From the sequence record DRR723986_5438: DNA of 37,746 nucleotides. One strand, written 5' to 3'. Under the pieces are notes generated by a model, which was given only the letters and a program-made list of their open reading frames with translations, was not told the origin of the DNA and ran no database searches. Positions 35,716 to 37,746 of the stretch are shown one piece after another (positions within the stretch are counted from its first letter, which is position 1; the number at the start of each line of letters is the position of its first letter). The translations under genes were made by a program, and so were the position numbers.

Positions 35716-37050
35716 ATGTCTGCCCTCAATCCTCTGTCTCTCAAGGCCGAACTCGACACCGCAAGCCTTGTGCGCCACATCGGCCGCGTGGTCGGTGTCA
35801 AAAACGGAATGATCCAAATTCAGGGTCTCGCCCAGCGGGCAAAAATCGGCGATCAGCTTGAATTGCATAGAAATTTTGGCCCGCCCCTGATTGGCGAAAC
35901 CCTTCAGGTCGATCAGGACCTTGTGAACATGCTGCCTGATTCTGCACCCGAAGGCGTGTCCGTCGGCAGCCGGGTCATTTTACGACAGGCACCGGGATTC
36001 GCGCCCGGCAGCCATTGGTTGGGTCGAGTCGTTGATCCTTTTGGTCGCCCATTGGATGGCAGACCCCTTTTGCGCGGCAACACGCCCCGCGACCTGATGC
36101 AATCGCCACCGCCTGCCGTCACACGCAAACCTTTGGGCGACCGGATGGAGACTGGGCTGGCCGTGCTGAACACCATGCTCCCCATCGTTCAGGGCCAACG
36201 CGTGGGCCTGTTTGCTGGGTCCGGCGTTGGGAAATCCAGCCTAATGGCGGGGTTAGCGAAAACCATGCAAGCCGATGCGGTGGTTGTGGCCCTGATCGGG
36301 GAACGTGGCCGCGAGGTGAACGAATTCGTCGAAAAAACACTGGGCCCCGAAGGGATGGAACGCGCCATCGTTGTTGCCGCCACTTCGGATCAATCCGCCT
36401 TGGTGCGCCGCCGCTGCGCGTGGGCCGCCATGGCAGCCGCCGAATCGCTGCGGGATGAGGGGATGAATGTGCTGTTTCTGGCCGATTCCATCACCCGCTT
36501 TGCCGAAGCCCACCGCGAAATCTCTGTCGCCATGGGCGAAGCCCCAGCCCTGCGCGGCTATCCACCCTCGGTCACGCCGCTGATCACCGGCCTGTGCGAA
36601 CGCGCCGGTCCGGGAACCGAGGATCAAGGCGACATCACCGCCGTGTTCAGCGTTCTGGTCGCCGGGTCTGACATGGATGAACCCGTCGCCGACATTCTGC
36701 GCGGCGTTTTAGACGGTCACATCGTGCTGGATCGCGACATTGCCGAACGCGGTCGTTACCCGGCCATCGACGTCAGTCGCTCTGTTTCGCGCAGCCTGCC
36801 CGCCGCCGCCAACGATGCCGAAAACCAAATGATTTCAAACGCCCGGCGTCTGCTCGGGGCTTATGAACAATCCGAGGTGATGATCAAGGCGGGCCTCTAT
36901 GCCGAAGGGTCTGACCCCTCTGTCGATCAGGCCATTCGCGCCCATGGCGAGCTGGATCAGTTCTTTGCCCGCATTGAAACCAACGGCACCAAAGGCAGCT
37001 TTGACCAGCTCAACCTGATCCTGCGCCGCGCCGGGGTGCAATTGCACTAA
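35716..37050 (+). CDS. fliI: Flagellar export ATPase FliI
   Basis: GQRVGLFAGSGVGKS (Walker A), IGERGREV, DSITRFA.A.RE, GYPPS, ERAG, LDGHIVL; start MSALN after GGAGA. Confidence 0.97.
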   Translation: MSALNPLSLKAELDTASLVRHIGRVVGVKNGMIQIQGLAQRAKIGDQLELHRNFGPPLIGETLQVDQDLVNMLPDSAPEGVSVGSRVILRQAPGFAPGSHWLGRVVDPFGRPLDGRPLLRGNTPRDLMQSPPPAVTRKPLGDRMETGLAVLNTMLPIVQGQRVGLFAGSGVGKSSLMAGLAKTMQADAVVVALIGERGREVNEFVEKTLGPEGMERAIVVAATSDQSALVRRRCAWAAMAAAESLRDEGMNVLFLADSITRFAEAHREISVAMGEAPALRGYPPSVTPLITGLCERAGPGTEDQGDITAVFSVLVAGSDMDEPVADILRGVLDGHIVLDRDIAERGRYPAIDVSRSVSRSLPAAANDAENQMISNARRLLGAYEQSEVMIKAGLYAEGSDPSVDQAIRAHGELDQFFARIETNGTKGSFDQLNLILRRAGVQLH

Positions 37051-37056
37051 CCCAAG

Positions 37057-37095
37057 AAAAAGGCCCCACTCGATCCACTCGAACGGGGCCTTTTT
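37057..37095. terminator. Bidirectional intrinsic terminator between fliI and gltB
   Basis: AAAAAGGCCCC..TCGA-tccac-TCGA..GGGGCCTTTTT. Confidence 0.88.
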
Positions 37096-37114
37096 AAATG
37101 TTTAAAACTGTATC

Positions 37115-37746
37115 TTATTCAGCCGGAACAGCTGTCTCTTCCACGCTCAGCGGCGCTTTCAGATGGACCAGCATCTCCTTGGGACAGATCTGCAGGAAAT
37201 GACCCTTTTCCAGATCCCAATGCTGCAGGATATCCGCGGCCTTGCGGCTACCGGTTTCGTCCAGATGCCGCTCGATCAGACCTTTCAGCTGGTCCTCCCA
37301 ATGGGCCACAGTTACCGGGCACGTCACCAAGGTTTCCATGTTCATCAACATCTCGGCCTTGCCTTCGGGGTCATAGATATAGGCCATGCCGCCGGTCATG
37401 CCCGCGCCAAAGTTGGCCCCGATCTCACCCAAGATCACCGCGATCCCGCCGGTCATGTATTCACATCCCGACGCGCCACAGCCCTCGATCACCACTTTGG
37501 CGCCCGAATTCCGCACTGCAAACCGCTCACCCGCGCGACCAGCTGCGAACAGATACCCATCGGTTGCCCCATACAGAACGGTGTTGCCGATGATGGTGTT
37601 GTTGGCCGCGACCAACGGGCTAACCTGCGCAGGGCGCACCACAATGGTACCGCCCGACAGGCCCTTACCGACATAATCGTTGGCATCGCCCGACACTTCA
37701 AGCTTGAGCCCCGGTGCCGCAAATGCGCCCAATGACTGACCCGCAG
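37115..37746 (-). CDS. gltB: Glutamate synthase large subunit, C-terminal GXGXG domain (5' part outside window)
   Basis: GDANDYVGKGLSGG, IIGNTVLYGAT.G, AGERFAVRNSGA, GCEYMTGG, NFGAGMTGG. Confidence 0.96.
   Translation of the reverse strand, partial: AGQSLGAFAAPGLKLEVSGDANDYVGKGLSGGTIVVRPAQVSPLVAANNTIIGNTVLYGATDGYLFAAGRAGERFAVRNSGAKVVIEGCGASGCEYMTGGIAVILGEIGANFGAGMTGGMAYIYDPEGKAEMLMNMETLVTCPVTVAHWEDQLKGLIERHLDETGSRKAADILQHWDLEKGHFLQICPKEMLVHLKAPLSVEETAVPAE

Noticed and set aside
17861-37050. Injectisome-type T3SS
   Set aside because: Rod, L-ring, FlgA and MotA genes identify it as flagellar; no secretin or needle genes.
1-37746. CRISPR arrays, tRNA/rRNA, IS elements, prophage or defence genes
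   Set aside because: None recognised; intergenic gaps are short and show no spaced direct repeats. A covariance-model scan was not possible, so small RNAs cannot be excluded.

Overview
Chromosomal window from an alphaproteobacterium, most likely Rhodobacteraceae (Roseobacter group), judged from gene content and order. Left part (1-7.3 kb): a 5'-truncated aldehyde dehydrogenase, a DMT transporter, the NAD-salvage genes pncB and pncA with a membrane PAS hybrid histidine kinase between them, and a TrhO-type rhodanese. 7.3-14.3 kb (minus strand): a metal-acquisition cluster of IrpA-like imelysin, unknown porin-like beta-barrel, bfd, bfr, di-heme oxidoreductase, second imelysin and Tat-exported DUF1513 protein. 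It carries three Iron-Rhodo-box-like palindromes and one Zur-box-like site directly in front of the porin gene. 14.4-17.8 kb: manC/xanB, a lipoprotein cytochrome c and a cation:proton antiporter. 17.9-37.0 kb: the central block of a Rhodobacteraceae fla1-type flagellar cluster (fliP to fliI), followed by the 3' end of gltB. No rRNA, tRNA, CRISPR array, IS or prophage gene was recognised. The best candidate for undescribed biology is the metal cluster with its apparently separately regulated porin. All calls come from visual motif recognition; no database searches were run.
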